This document shows, piece after piece, positions 27,853 to 35,420 of a stretch of 64,000 nucleotides of DNA. The position numbers were made by a program, and so were the translations under genes. Source of the DNA: an uncultured Syntrophus sp. (GTDB taxonomy: Bacteria; Desulfobacterota; Syntrophia; Syntrophales; UBA8958); the NCBI GenBank assembly GCA_964571695.1, contig CAZNDG010000001.1, forward strand, positions 139,648 through 203,647, in the 5' to 3' direction. Position 1 is the first letter of the stretch; each line of letters starts with the position of its first letter. The notes beneath the pieces are model-generated. The model was not told the DNA's origin. It was given only the letters and a program-made list of their open reading frames with translations, and made no database searches.

Positions 27853-28770
27853 ATGAAAGTGACATTCTGGGGGGTACGAGGCTCAATCCCCTGCCCCGGC
27901 CACAAAACCGTGAAATACGGTGGCAACACACCTTGCCTGGAATTACAACTGACTGATGTAAAAAGGATCATCATCATTGACGCCGGATCGGGGATACGCG
28001 AACTCGGCAATAGTTTAATGGCAAGAAATATCCCATGGAATTCCACCGAACTCGATATTTTCCTGAGCCACACCCATTGGGATCACATTCAAGGATTGCC
28101 TTTTTTTACCCCCATTTATCTACCATGCGCTCATCTGCGCATTTACGGTCCCATAACATTCGAAGAACGCTCGCTCAAGGAAGTATTGGGAACAGTGCTG
28201 AGCTATCGTTATTTCCCGGTTCGCCAGGAAGAATTGTCTTCCCATATCTCCTATCACGATATCAAGGAAGGCTCTTTTGACCTGGGGGACGGTCTGCATC
28301 TCCGAACGAGATACCTGAATCATCCGGTGCTTTGCATGGGATACCGTTTCGAATACGGGGGAAAGGTTCTGTGCACCGCATACGACACGGAGCCGTTCCG
28401 GAACATTTTTTGTACCGACCCCGGCGACCCCGGCTATGATGAGCAAATACACCGGGAGGGCGACCAGGCGGCACAGGAAGCAAATCAAAACCTGGAATCA
28501 TTTTACCGGGATGCCGATCTTCTCATCTACGATTCCCAATACACCCGCGCTGAATATGATCATGGCAAAATCGGATGGGGACATTCACCCTACGAGTATG
28601 CCATCGATACGGCAATCAGTTCCGGGGTCAAACAGTTGGCGCTTTTCCACCATGATCCCATGAGAACCGATGATCAGCTCGATCAAATGTCTCTGGATAT
28701 CGATCATTATCGTGCTGAAAATGACCTCCATGTTTTTTTTGCCCGGGAAGGAACCTCCATCGACATCTAA
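27853..28770 (+). CDS. MBL-fold metallo-hydrolase
   Basis: 305 aa. MKVTFWGVRGSIP...IIIDAGSG...FLSHTHWDHIQGLPFF...GWGHS...LFHHDP carries the HxHxDH metal motif. The substrate is unknown. Confidence 0.75.
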   Translation: MKVTFWGVRGSIPCPGHKTVKYGGNTPCLELQLTDVKRIIIIDAGSGIRELGNSLMARNIPWNSTELDIFLSHTHWDHIQGLPFFTPIYLPCAHLRIYGPITFEERSLKEVLGTVLSYRYFPVRQEELSSHISYHDIKEGSFDLGDGLHLRTRYLNHPVLCMGYRFEYGGKVLCTAYDTEPFRNIFCTDPGDPGYDEQIHREGDQAAQEANQNLESFYRDADLLIYDSQYTRAEYDHGKIGWGHSPYEYAIDTAISSGVKQLALFHHDPMRTDDQLDQMSLDIDHYRAENDLHVFFAREGTSIDI

Positions 28771-28781
28771 TCATCCTCTCA

Positions 28782-28975
28782 GAATCATTTCATAATACGA
28801 GAGATTTGCATAACTGCGGAAAAATGGTTCGCAAGCGGCGAATCAAATCTTTTTCGCCGTTGCGTGATTGAACTTAACGCTCGGTAATGAATAAGGTTTA
28901 TACGTTACCCATTCAGAGGCGAAAAAGATTTCTGAGCCGCGGCGAAGCCATTTTTCAATGGTCTCAATACTTCTA
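28782..28975. repeat. ~190-bp long-hairpin repeat element, copy A (partner at 60609..60794)
   Basis: By hand alignment it shares long identical blocks with copy B: AAAATGGTTCGCAAGC, GCGAATCAAAT, GATTTCTGAGCCGCGGC and AAGCCATTTTTCAA. Its arms are mutually complementary; for example AAATCTTTTTCGCC pairs with GGCGAAAAAGATTT and GAAAAATGG with CCATTTTTC. It starts 12-45 nt after the MBL gene stop. Confidence 0.7.
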
Positions 28976-29049
28976 TTTATCAGATTAAAGCGCTCTTGAA
29001 ATATATCCGATATATGTGTTGAAGAAACATGTATATCGGGAGGCTTATC

Positions 29050-30831
29050 ATGATGGAAAGACACAGAGCGTCCGCTTCCGAACTGGTAAAGGCAATGGGG
29101 CTCACTCCGGTAGATCGCAGTGTGAATTATCGAACCAACGTCCCCTGGAAAAGCAATGCCGCCTATGACCAGCTTAAAGCCTATTTTCACTACCGCGATC
29201 TGCTGTCCGCCGTGGGAAGCAACCCGATGATCTACGGTCCCCTGGCATATGCGGCAAACTGGCAGAAGGAACTGCTCGACATCTTCGTTACCGGACCGAT
29301 GAAAAACAATGTTAAAAATGCCGTCAGAAAAGGCACAAATTTAGACATCTACAGCGAGGGCAACGCCCGGGTATATGCCCGCTATGGAGAACTTCTTTAC
29401 GAATTGACCGATCGCTTTATTACCGACGGCCGTTTCGACAGGCAGAGGGCCTTTGCCGCAGCCACCACATCCCGGGGGCAAAAGATGCTCCGGGGATATA
29501 TCGGTCGTTTTCAGGACCTTGAATATGATTACAACGTGACGGGACTCTCGAGGCTGAAGGCGATGAAGGAGCTCCTCAAATCCCTGTTGATCACCATTAC
29601 GGAATCTCCCATCGGCGACGATGTTCTGCCCTTCAGTCCGATTCAGAACAACATCGATTCGCCCCAGACATTCCTGGCTTATCTTGAGGAAAGCCGCAGG
29701 CGACTGGAGAACCTGCATCGGATGAAAGCCTTCGACATCAAGGCGTTTTCTGAAGCGGCCACAGGTGGAAAAATCGGTTGCTGCCCCCATGAAACTGTTG
29801 CGGGCAGTAATCTGCACAGCGTTTCTTTACGCCGTTACCTGACTCCCCCGGGAGTAAAAAAAAACGGCCGCATTCTCTATTTGGCCACCCCACTCATCAA
29901 TAAGCCGGAACTTTTTGATCTCGCCAAAGACAAGTCGGTCGTAGAAGGTCTCCTGTATATGGGATATGACATCTACCTGGTTGATTACGGCGATCCGGGC
30001 GCCAGGGAGAGCGGTCTCGGCCTCGATTTTTATGGGGGAACCGTTCATGAAACATATCTCGATATGATCTCCGCAATGAACCCCGGCCGGGAGATATGCG
30101 CGATGGGATACTGTATGGGCGGTACGTTGCTTTTACCCTATCTGGCCAGAAGAGCGGAAGAAAGACTGATCAGCGGTCGGGCCATGGACATCAGGAAGAT
30201 CGTGCTGATGGCCTGCCCGGTCCGATTCGATGACGGAGCCAGCGGACAGGGTCCCATGCGCTCGTTCATCAGAAAACGCTACGACCCCCTGGTTATGGAA
30301 AACCTCTTCGGAGACGTCAACGTACCCCCCCAGGTTATCCAGGCGGGCATGAACGAGATCCAGCCGGGAATTCACTATACCGTCCCAATAGGTTTCTATG
30401 GCCGGGCCTCATACCCCGGGGCCGTCGAAGATGCCGCGCCATTCCTGTATTGGCTGACCCATGGAACGAAATTCCCTGCCCGCGCCCATCGTGAATGGCT
30501 GGCACATATCTTCCTTGACAACCGGATTGCTGAAGAACGATATTGCCTGCCATCTTCAAATCCCGCCCTGAACGGCAAAGCCGTGAACATGGGAAGCCTG
30601 AGGGAGGCGGGGGTCTGCATCTTCGACTACCGAGGATCCCGGGACCCCATCGCCCCTCCGGGGTCGTGTGTGGCCAGTCAAAAATGGGGACTCAGGGAGG
30701 GAGGCAACCTCTCCATATCCACAAACGGATTGAATCGCACGATCGAGAAAAACATCGGGCATATCTTTGTCGTCAGCAAAAAATTGCTCGGCGAATTCCT
30801 CGCCGCCGCATCCCGTTTCCTGGAAGGATAG
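29050..30831 (+). CDS. PhaC-like alpha/beta hydrolase (class III PHA-synthase-like core) with ~270-aa N-terminal extension
   Basis: ORF track gives 29029. I prefer the ATG at 29050 (MMERH...) with GGGAGG 7 nt upstream. The core reads ...LRRYLTPP...ILYLATPLINKPELFDL...YDIYLVDYGDPG...MGYCMGGTLLL (a GxCxGG lipase-box variant typical of PhaC) ...GHIFVV. I recognise no motif in the N-terminal ~270 aa. Confidence 0.7.
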   Translation: MMERHRASASELVKAMGLTPVDRSVNYRTNVPWKSNAAYDQLKAYFHYRDLLSAVGSNPMIYGPLAYAANWQKELLDIFVTGPMKNNVKNAVRKGTNLDIYSEGNARVYARYGELLYELTDRFITDGRFDRQRAFAAATTSRGQKMLRGYIGRFQDLEYDYNVTGLSRLKAMKELLKSLLITITESPIGDDVLPFSPIQNNIDSPQTFLAYLEESRRRLENLHRMKAFDIKAFSEAATGGKIGCCPHETVAGSNLHSVSLRRYLTPPGVKKNGRILYLATPLINKPELFDLAKDKSVVEGLLYMGYDIYLVDYGDPGARESGLGLDFYGGTVHETYLDMISAMNPGREICAMGYCMGGTLLLPYLARRAEERLISGRAMDIRKIVLMACPVRFDDGASGQGPMRSFIRKRYDPLVMENLFGDVNVPPQVIQAGMNEIQPGIHYTVPIGFYGRASYPGAVEDAAPFLYWLTHGTKFPARAHREWLAHIFLDNRIAEERYCLPSSNPALNGKAVNMGSLREAGVCIFDYRGSRDPIAPPGSCVASQKWGLREGGNLSISTNGLNRTIEKNIGHIFVVSKKLLGEFLAAASRFLEG

Positions 30832-30911
30832 AGCACATCGGCGATGAGTTCATCCTCAACGGCCGGAATGGTTTTAATTGTCTACTTATCTCAAGTTTGG
30901 ATTCGTCTTCA

Positions 30912-32603
30912 TTACAAAATGTGCAGATCTTGATCTGCAACGGGACTATCCAAAACGCCGCGGATCTCTCTGGACAATTCGTCAAGCTTGAATGGTTTGG
31001 AAAGAAAGCCGTTGCATCCCCTGGCCATGATCTTCTGGATTTCATTGTTGACGCTGTAGCCGGTCGCCAGGATGATCCTGACTTTGGGATTGATTTCCTT
31101 CAGCAGGGTAAAGGCTTTACCCCCACCCATGCCCGGCATGATCATATCGAGGATGATCAGATCGATCTCATCATGCTTTTCTTTATATACCGCAATCGCT
31201 TCCTGACCACAACCAGCGGCGAATATCCGGTAGCCAAGGATTTCCAGCATCTCTTTCAGAACGGATATGATCTGCCTTTCATCATCTACGATCAGGATGC
31301 CTTCCCGACCTGAGAGAGCACCCTCCGTTTCCCGGCGCATTTTCTCCTCCGGCGGCGAATCCACCGCCGGCAAATAAATAAAGAACGTCGTTCCTTTACC
31401 GTGGATGCTGTTTACCCTGATATGTCCTCCATGACTTCTTATTATTCCATATGCCGATGCCAGCCCCAATCCCGTGCCCCGGCCAATCTTCTTAGTGGTG
31501 AAAAAAGGATCGAAGATGCGCGGCAGAATCATTGGATCTATCCCCATACCCGTGTCGGAAAGTGAAATCCGAACAAAAGGCCCCGGATTGATACCCATGG
31601 AATTGAGTTCATCACCATGGAGGTAAATGTTTCTTGTCTCCAAATGGACCTCCCCCTCTTCCGGCATGGCCTGCCAGGCATTTATGAACAGGTTGAGAAA
31701 CACCTGTTCGATCTGATGGGGGTCAATTCTTACCGTCCAGAGAGAGGGACATAAATCGAAATGAAGCAGCACATCCTTTTTCGCCCGGTGAAACATTTTG
31801 GCCTTTTCAGCAAGAAAGGCATTCAGGTTTGTAGGTCTGGTCTCATGGGGACCAACGCGGGCAAATCCCAGCAGTTGTTTGGTAAGAGTGGCCCCGCTTT
31901 CGATCTGCGCTTCGATGCACTTGAGCTTTTCATACATGTGATGATTCTTTTTCAGATCGTGAAGCAGAAGCGACACATATCCCTGTATCCCCATGAGGAT
32001 ATTGTTGAAGTCGTGGGCGATGCCTCCGGCGAGGGTGCCGATGGCTTCCATTTTTTGCGACTGCAGCAGGTGCGCCTGCAGATCGGCCCTTTCTTTCTCG
32101 ATCAGCTTCTTTTCCGTTATATCGCGGCTGACGATAAAAAACCGGTTATGCTCTCTTTTGGCATCGCCAACCGGATAAACGGTATGTTCATACATCCCGT
32201 CGTTTCCTGACATCTCGAGACGTATTGACCGGCCGCTTTCCGCAGCCTTTGTCAATCCGTGTCTCCATAAGCGCGCCGAATCTTCCGGAAGGACGGAAAA
32301 AATATTGGCGCCGATTATTTCTGAGATGTCATGTGCCAGGGCACAGGAAAACGATTTGTTCGCCTGGAGGATGAATCCCCGGGCATCGATTAGCGAGGCG
32401 CCATGATCCGTGGCGTCGATTTGTTCCTGGACGGATGAAAAAACATCTTGGCGGCAAACATCGTGCCATACGGCATATTTGTTGCTAACCATGTTTTGTA
32501 TTGATTCAGAATCGAGCGCCGAATCAGGAGAAAGTTCTGCTCCATGAGGCTGGGATTGAGGATTCATTATATCGCTCCGGATTTTTTGTAGAGCTCTTTT
32601 CAC
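30912..32603 (-). CDS. Hybrid sensor histidine kinase (PAS - HisKA - HATPase - REC)
   Basis: 563 aa. A PAS-like N-region is followed by the H-box AGGIAHDFNNILMGIQGY, an ATPase domain (DTGMGI...GTGLGLASAYGII) and a C-terminal REC domain (ILIVDDE...LILDMIMPGMGG...FLSKPF). Confidence 0.9.
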   Translation of the reverse strand: MKRALQKIRSDIMNPQSQPHGAELSPDSALDSESIQNMVSNKYAVWHDVCRQDVFSSVQEQIDATDHGASLIDARGFILQANKSFSCALAHDISEIIGANIFSVLPEDSARLWRHGLTKAAESGRSIRLEMSGNDGMYEHTVYPVGDAKREHNRFFIVSRDITEKKLIEKERADLQAHLLQSQKMEAIGTLAGGIAHDFNNILMGIQGYVSLLLHDLKKNHHMYEKLKCIEAQIESGATLTKQLLGFARVGPHETRPTNLNAFLAEKAKMFHRAKKDVLLHFDLCPSLWTVRIDPHQIEQVFLNLFINAWQAMPEEGEVHLETRNIYLHGDELNSMGINPGPFVRISLSDTGMGIDPMILPRIFDPFFTTKKIGRGTGLGLASAYGIIRSHGGHIRVNSIHGKGTTFFIYLPAVDSPPEEKMRRETEGALSGREGILIVDDERQIISVLKEMLEILGYRIFAAGCGQEAIAVYKEKHDEIDLIILDMIMPGMGGGKAFTLLKEINPKVRIILATGYSVNNEIQKIMARGCNGFLSKPFKLDELSREIRGVLDSPVADQDLHIL

Positions 32604-32721
32604 AAAACTTTTTAAAGATCATCGGCATTCAAGCCGATAACCTTTAGAGAAAAGTGGAAGAATTAACAATGGCCAAAATCAGTGCTAAAAGAAAGACTGT
32701 CCCCCAATAGATGGAAAAAAC

Positions 32722-34380
32722 ATGAAGGAACCAGAGGAAGATAAAGCCTTGCGATGGAAGAGGAGAAGAGTTCTCCTCGTGGACGATTTCCGTAACTTTA
32801 TCATCACCATGCGTAACATGCTCACCTCCATGGGCATTGTAAGCATCGATGATGCCCTGAACGGTGAAGAGGCTGTCAATCGCATCATGACCCGCCGTTA
32901 TGACATCGTCCTGTGCGATTATAACCTCGGTAACGGAAAGGATGGGCAGCAGGTGCTGGAAGAGGTTAAATACCGGCAGTTGCTTCATCCCCTGGCGATC
33001 TTTATGATGGTGACGGCGGAGAATTCTCTGGAAATGATCATGGGAGCGGCGGAATTTCAGCCCGATGAATATCTCATCAAACCCTTCACCAAACAGATTC
33101 TGGAAAAAAAGATCCGAATGCTGATCGATAAAAAAGAAAGCATCAGAATCATAGAACAAAGAATCGAGGCCATGGAGTACGAAGATGCCCTCACGATATG
33201 TAATGATTTGATATCAGGGCACCCGAAGCATCTTGCCGAGTTGCTTAAAATTAAGGGCGATCTTCTGATTAAGATGGAATCTTACGATGACGCCGAGGCC
33301 TTTTTCGATCAAGTATCCGCGTTGGGGAAATTTCCCTGGGCCATGCTCGGCATAGGAAAAATAAGGTATATACAGGGAAGATACAGTGAGGCCGCACAGA
33401 TATATTTGGAACTTATCCAAATGAACGACAAAGTGATGTCGGCCTATGATGAATTGGCAAAGACATGGGGAAAAATGGGCGACTTCGCGAAGGCTCAAGA
33501 CACGCTGATTAAAGGTGTGGCGATTTCACCGAAAGCCGTGAGGAGGCAGCGGGAACTCGGAGAAATCGCTTACCGTAACCAGGACCTCATAACGGCGGAG
33601 CTGGCTTACAAGAAAGCGGTAAAGCAGGGTAGGTTCTCCTGTTACAAGAGCCCATCCGACTACACTGGTCTGGCCAAGGTTCTCACTGAAAAGGCTGCTC
33701 CGGAAGAAAGCCTGAAGGTCCTCCGGGATGCCACGGCGGAGTTCTCTCACGACTCGACGGCAGCAGTCCAGATTGCGGTCGCCAAAAGTCTTGTCTTCAT
33801 GAAAATGGATCAACCCGATAAAGCCAAAGAAGAAATCGACAGGGCCATGAAGATCATAAATAAGGACCCGCGGGTTATCAACACAACTTCCGGGATCGAC
33901 CTGGCACGAACACTGCTGCACCAGGGCAACGAAGATCTTGGGCGGGAATTTGTGCGACGCATCATTCAGAGCAACCATGAAGACCAGGAGATTCTCGATC
34001 ATATCAAGGAAATGTACAAGGATCTCAAGCGGGAAGACGAAGGGGAAAGGTTACTGGAAACCGCCGTTGACGAGGTGGTCCAGATGAACAACCAGGGTGT
34101 GCGCATGGTACAGGAAGGAAACCTGGAAACCGCCATCCGGTATTTTGAAAAAACTACGGAAACCCTTCCGGAAAACAAGATCATCAATGCCAATGCCGCC
34201 TATGCCTTTATGTTGTATTTAAAGGATAATGGGCCCGAACCGGATAAAATTGCCAAGGTACGCACATATCTGTCACGGGTTCATCGCATCGACCCTGATT
34301 ATACGGATCTACCCAAACTGGTGGCCATATACAGACAAATAACACAGGTGAAACTCCCATGGATGAAAACCATCGATTAG
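32722..34380 (+). CDS. Response regulator with REC + TPR-repeat output
   Basis: 552 aa. The REC motifs are VLLVDDFRNF, VLCDYNLGNGKDG, MVTAEN and YLIKPF. A long TPR-like repeat region follows (...YSEAAQIYLELIQMNDKVMSAYDELAKTWGKMGDFAKAQ...). Confidence 0.8.
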   Translation: MKEPEEDKALRWKRRRVLLVDDFRNFIITMRNMLTSMGIVSIDDALNGEEAVNRIMTRRYDIVLCDYNLGNGKDGQQVLEEVKYRQLLHPLAIFMMVTAENSLEMIMGAAEFQPDEYLIKPFTKQILEKKIRMLIDKKESIRIIEQRIEAMEYEDALTICNDLISGHPKHLAELLKIKGDLLIKMESYDDAEAFFDQVSALGKFPWAMLGIGKIRYIQGRYSEAAQIYLELIQMNDKVMSAYDELAKTWGKMGDFAKAQDTLIKGVAISPKAVRRQRELGEIAYRNQDLITAELAYKKAVKQGRFSCYKSPSDYTGLAKVLTEKAAPEESLKVLRDATAEFSHDSTAAVQIAVAKSLVFMKMDQPDKAKEEIDRAMKIINKDPRVINTTSGIDLARTLLHQGNEDLGREFVRRIIQSNHEDQEILDHIKEMYKDLKREDEGERLLETAVDEVVQMNNQGVRMVQEGNLETAIRYFEKTTETLPENKIINANAAYAFMLYLKDNGPEPDKIAKVRTYLSRVHRIDPDYTDLPKLVAIYRQITQVKLPWMKTID

Positions 34381-35057
34381 ATTTCTCAGACGTCATTGCC
34401 GCTACGATGCATGACACTAAAAATACCATCGGCATGATCTTCAACACCCTGGAAGAAATGACCGCCCGGTGTCGCCGGCAGGGATGCAGCCACCATGAAG
34501 AGCTCTTCCTGCTCCAATACGAGATAAAGCGTCTCAACAACAGTCTAATTCGCCTTCTCGCTCTTTACAAGTCCCAGAAAACCCCCATGACCGTCAACAT
34601 GAACCTTCATTCCGTCCGGGATTGCCTGGAAGAGGTTATGGATCAGAATGAGCCCATACTGGCCTCCCGGGGTATCGTTGTGGATCTCGATTGCCCCGAC
34701 GATCTCTTCTGGGCCTTCGATAAAGGGCTTATTGTCGGTATTCTGGATAATGTCCTGAACAACGCGTACCGATATACGAAAGACCGGCTGATAATCAGAG
34801 GGGAAAAAGATAGCGATTATCTGATTTTACACATCGAAGACAACGGTTCTGGTTATCCGCCCGCCTTCCTGATGGATGGAAGCGACCGGGAAGGGCTGGA
34901 GACGACAGTGTCCTTCCTCACCGGAAATACCGGACTCGGATTGTATTTCTCCAAATTGGCGGCCAGGTCCCACGAACGGAACCATCTCAATGGATATATA
35001 CAGGTTGCCAACGGCAGTAGTATCGGCGGCGGCATCTTTTCACTTTATCTGCCATGA
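34359..35057 (+). CDS. Cytoplasmic sensorless histidine kinase-like protein
   Basis: 232 aa with no TM. The H-box-like segment is AATMHDTKNTIGMI. The HATPase motifs are NNAYRYT, EDNGSGYP and GNTGLGLYFSKLAA. Its start overlaps the REC-TPR gene end by 22 nt. Confidence 0.7.
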   Translation: MDENHRLDFSDVIAATMHDTKNTIGMIFNTLEEMTARCRRQGCSHHEELFLLQYEIKRLNNSLIRLLALYKSQKTPMTVNMNLHSVRDCLEEVMDQNEPILASRGIVVDLDCPDDLFWAFDKGLIVGILDNVLNNAYRYTKDRLIIRGEKDSDYLILHIEDNGSGYPPAFLMDGSDREGLETTVSFLTGNTGLGLYFSKLAARSHERNHLNGYIQVANGSSIGGGIFSLYLP

Positions 35058-35420
35058 ACAAGCGATCAGGTGGTCCCGGCGTCATTCTGTTCCTGTTTAA
35101 AAATGATTCGGGCCATTTTTCAGGCCGGATCATTCATGGATGCCGCAAGAAGGAACGTCGATAAGAAAACGTACCGAAACAAAGGCATTCTTTTGTTTGT
35201 CATGGCCCAATTCTTGACGTGATGACGACTAATTGACATAGATGAGTCCGGAAATCGGATCTTCATCATGAATCAGCGGAGGCTATTCATGTTTAGCAAT
35301 CATTCCCCATCTTCCCGCCTCCGCCATGATCATAAGGAGGGGTGGTCATGCCTTCATTACAAGAACCGGTCGGCATCACTACCTTCTCAACAGCGGCTCC
35401 TGAGGTCCCGATAAGAGCAA

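Noticed and set aside
28826-28840. GG-N10-GC spacing inside the repeat arm (TGGTTCGCAAGCGGC).
   Set aside because: Only the two dinucleotides match. There is no TTGC context, so this is a chance match.
28782-28975. The repeat element considered as a c-di-GMP riboswitch (given the surrounding c-di-GMP genes) or as an integron attC site.
   Set aside because: I could not find the conserved GEMM-I/II core sequences. The element lies downstream of genes, not upstream. The attC R''/R' core sites (RYYYAAC ... GTTRRRY) are absent, and there is no intI.
28843-29190. A 115-aa minus-strand ORF, together with the 61-aa ORF at 60718..60903, overlapping the two repeat copies.
   Set aside because: The two copies differ by indels that break any common reading frame, so the repeat is not conserved as protein. 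The first ORF also runs antisense into the PhaC-like gene start.
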